Below are positions 22,866-24,985 of a stretch of DNA of 24,985 bases, piece by piece. The notes beneath the pieces are model-generated. The model was not told the DNA's origin. It did no database searches and saw nothing but the letters and a program-made list of their open reading frames with translations. This DNA is from Clostridiales bacterium (lineage in GTDB: Bacteria; Bacillota; Clostridia; Saccharofermentanales; Saccharofermentanaceae). Both the position numbers and the translations under genes were made by a program. Location of the stretch: the NCBI GenBank assembly GCA_017513085.1, contig JAFWDK010000025.1, positions 1 through 24,985 of the forward strand, written 5' to 3'. Every line of letters begins with the position of its first letter. Position 1 is the stretch's first letter.

Positions 22866-23150
22866 TCAACCTTGAATTGATTTACGATAGTGCGATTCAA
22901 CGATTATCGCCAATCCGCCTAACACGCATTTAATGATATATCCGCCAAAGAAAGTAGCCAGCAGACAAAAAAGGTTTTTCAAACACTCTGCCCCATCACG
23001 GCCGGAATATTCGGCTACAAAGAGAAACAGAAAAAGAGATACCATGATACAAACGACCATAACGACCCAACCGCAAACATAAAGATTCTTCGCCGCCTTA
23101 CAGCGGTACATGCTCTCAGCATACGTATTCATTTCCTTGTTCTCTGACAT
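22866..23150 (-). CDS. Small two-TM membrane protein of unknown function
   Basis: MSENKEMN start after a GGAGG RBS; 94 aa with two hydrophobic segments. Confidence 0.65.
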   Translation of the reverse strand: MSENKEMNTYAESMYRCKAAKNLYVCGWVVMVVCIMVSLFLFLFVAEYSGRDGAECLKNLFCLLATFFGGYIIKCVLGGLAIIVESHYRKSIQG

Positions 23151-23265
23151 AAAACGACCCTCCAAGTTACAAAGATTATTCTTTCTTCCCGATTCCCTAC
23201 TCAGTTGAGTAAAACTCATAAAGTTATTTTAATACTTCGCATGCTCTCACTCAAACATTACCAAC

Positions 23266-23292
23266 AAAAAAACGCCCGGAGTGATCCGAGCG
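23266..23292 (-). terminator. Intrinsic terminator downstream of the putative nuclease gene
   Basis: Minus strand: CGCTCGGA-tcac-TCCGGGCG followed by TTTTTTT. Confidence 0.8.
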
Positions 23293-23479
23293 GGTGCTTC
23301 TTAATTTGAAAACGTCTTACACATTGCCTATGTCACTCAACCCCCGATTCTCTTCACACCTGCGAGTAGTTCTGCATGCAGAGGATGCCGGTGCCGATGG
23401 GGAAGGATATCGATCAGGTCCCGGATGCCTTCGTAATAAGGGTTCAGAGCCTGGATGTGACGATAGCACTCCAGTGCTT

Positions 23480-24280
23480 TTAGCAACAAAAGAGTTCCTT
23501 CGTGTTTTTGCGGATCGCGTCCATGTTCAGCGGGCTACCTTCGATGTCGTGGGTGAGGATGAGGTTTTTGCCGACGTAGATCCCGCTTTGGCGGTACTGG
23601 TCCAGTTTGACCATGTTGTCGAGGAGATATTGCGAGGAGTCGAGCTTGCCGAAATGCTCGTGGTAGATCACCTGGCGGGTCGTTTTGTGAAGCAGCGCGA
23701 AGTCGACGTATTTTACTTGCCCGTCGATGAGGACCACCGGATAGTCGTATTTGTAGGGAATGTTCATGTCAAAGTACATGTCCGCGATCATCGCCTCCGC
23801 CTTCGAACGCACTTTTTCGCCGCGTTTGGTCGAGTAGACAAGGTCTTCCGGGAATCCGGGATTGGGGACATAGGGTTGTTGCTGCCACCACGTGGCATAG
23901 GTCTCGTCATCGGCAAGCAGCGGGCGGACTAGCCTTTTGCGTGCATCATGTAGATTCGCATATACTTTTTCCGAGCTGAAAAGGATGTCCTTCTCCAGGA
24001 GCTCGTGGATGGCTTCTAGCTCGCGGCGGGAAGCTTTCAGCAACCGCTCAAGATAACCCCTCTGAGAAAGGTCCTGGGCAAGTGCTTTTGCAGAGGAATT
24101 CAGATACACCCTCTTCAACGCCGCGTCGTCTTCGATTATCTTATAAAATCGTGCGGTTTTTCTTGAATTGGATACCCAAAGCCGGCCTTCAGGCAAGTCG
24201 GCCAGATCCTTCTCTATCCTCTGGATAGCCTTCTGCAGCGCGCGTTCTCTTCTCATTAGTTGTTGAATCAGTTCTTCCAT
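23480..24280 (-). CDS. Hypothetical protein: N-terminal coiled-coil/beta-hairpin region plus C-terminal PD-(D/E)XK-like (Vsr/DUF559-type) putative nuclease domain
   Basis: 266 aa from ATG 24280 (GAGG RBS). GEKVRSKAEAMIAD...IPYKYD...YVDF...IYHEHFG...KLDQY matches the E...(P)DF...ExxG pattern of restriction-fold nucleases. Function is inferred. Confidence 0.65.
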   Translation of the reverse strand: MEELIQQLMRRERALQKAIQRIEKDLADLPEGRLWVSNSRKTARFYKIIEDDAALKRVYLNSSAKALAQDLSQRGYLERLLKASRRELEAIHELLEKDILFSSEKVYANLHDARKRLVRPLLADDETYATWWQQQPYVPNPGFPEDLVYSTKRGEKVRSKAEAMIADMYFDMNIPYKYDYPVVLIDGQVKYVDFALLHKTTRQVIYHEHFGKLDSSQYLLDNMVKLDQYRQSGIYVGKNLILTHDIEGSPLNMDAIRKNTKELFCC

Positions 24281-24608
24281 CGTTTTTCCTCTCAAATGAT
24301 GTATTTTCGACATCTCGAGGTTTCTGGAACAGCACAAACTACGTATACACAGGCAGCGGGAGCTCGGGGGCCAGTGCAGAAACACGGTTCGGGAGCCGGC
24401 GCAGCGCGCGACTAGACTGCTCGCTCTAGCAAGGCACGGCTACATAGTCGCTGAGGCAACAAAAAACCGTGCATATAGTGCCGTTGTTTCATATCAATAC
24501 ATCATTTCATTAGGATAAACACAAACATAAACTTCAAGATGAAGAATAATTATATCTAACAACGATTGACGTAAAAATGCAAGACTTTCGAGGCAGGTTT
24601 GCTTATAA

Positions 24609-24985
24609 AATCAGTGAAAACCTCATTTTCTGGTATTTACACTGATTATCTTTTCGCGTAATTGTCCTGTGTTCAGTGTTTTTCGAGAAAAACGGTGATC
24701 GCACTGACTGCTGAGAGAAAACTGTCAGTGTTTTTATGGAATACTCTGATTTCCACTGACACAGGGCTACCGGGAGTCAGTGCTTTTCGAGAAAAACAGT
24801 GATCGCACTGACTGCCGAGAGAAAACTGTCAGTGTTTTTATGGAATACTCTGATTTCCACTGACACAGGGCTACCGGGAGTCAGTGTTTTTCGAGAAAAA
24901 CAGTGATCGCACTGACTGCAGACGGAAAACTGTCAGTGTTTTTATGGAATGCTCTGATTTCCACTGACACAGGCTACCGGGAGTC
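24609..24985. repeat. Array of palindromic 37-bp units (xTCAGTG-N23-CACTGAx), 52-bp period, alternating A/B types forming 104-bp tandem repeats; truncated by the window end
   Basis: Units at 24610-24646 (divergent), 24672-24708, 24724-24760, 24776-24812, 24828-24864, 24880-24916 and 24932-24968; the next begins at 24983. Linkers are 15 nt, except 25 nt after the first unit and 14 nt after the last. Confidence 0.95.

Noticed and set aside
23294-23932. 212-aa + strand ORF
   Set aside because: Mostly antisense to the putative nuclease gene, with composition typical of a reverse-frame shadow
24609-24985. CRISPR or TIGR array interpretation
   Set aside because: The inner segments recur (A/B alternation) instead of being unique spacers, the conserved parts are only 7-8-bp arms, and no cas or Nop-domain gene is recognisable in the window

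Overview
Chromosomal window from a Clostridia-type Firmicute (inferred from CIRCE, sigmaA promoters and DUF4214-anchored surface proteins). Left to right: a >905 aa LRR/B-repeat/DUF4214 surface protein running off the left edge, an FtsX-type ABC permease with a frameshifted ATPase, a divergent lipoprotein, an OmpR/HisKA two-component pair, prmA, a DUF4214-CapA plus NlpC/P60 pair, a P-type ATPase, an unusual heat-shock operon hrcA-grpE-clpP-dnaK-dnaJ with a perfect CIRCE, flavodoxin, flavin reductase and a small membrane protein. The best candidate for a new system is at the right end. A stand-alone PD-(D/E)XK-like (Vsr/DUF559-type) putative nuclease gene has a GC-rich, possibly structured leader and sits next to an array of at least 7 palindromic units, TCAGTG-N23-CACTGA. 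The units have a 52-bp period, alternate A/B to form a 104-bp repeat, show compensatory arm changes, and continue past the window edge. All family assignments come from motif recognition by eye; no database searches were run.
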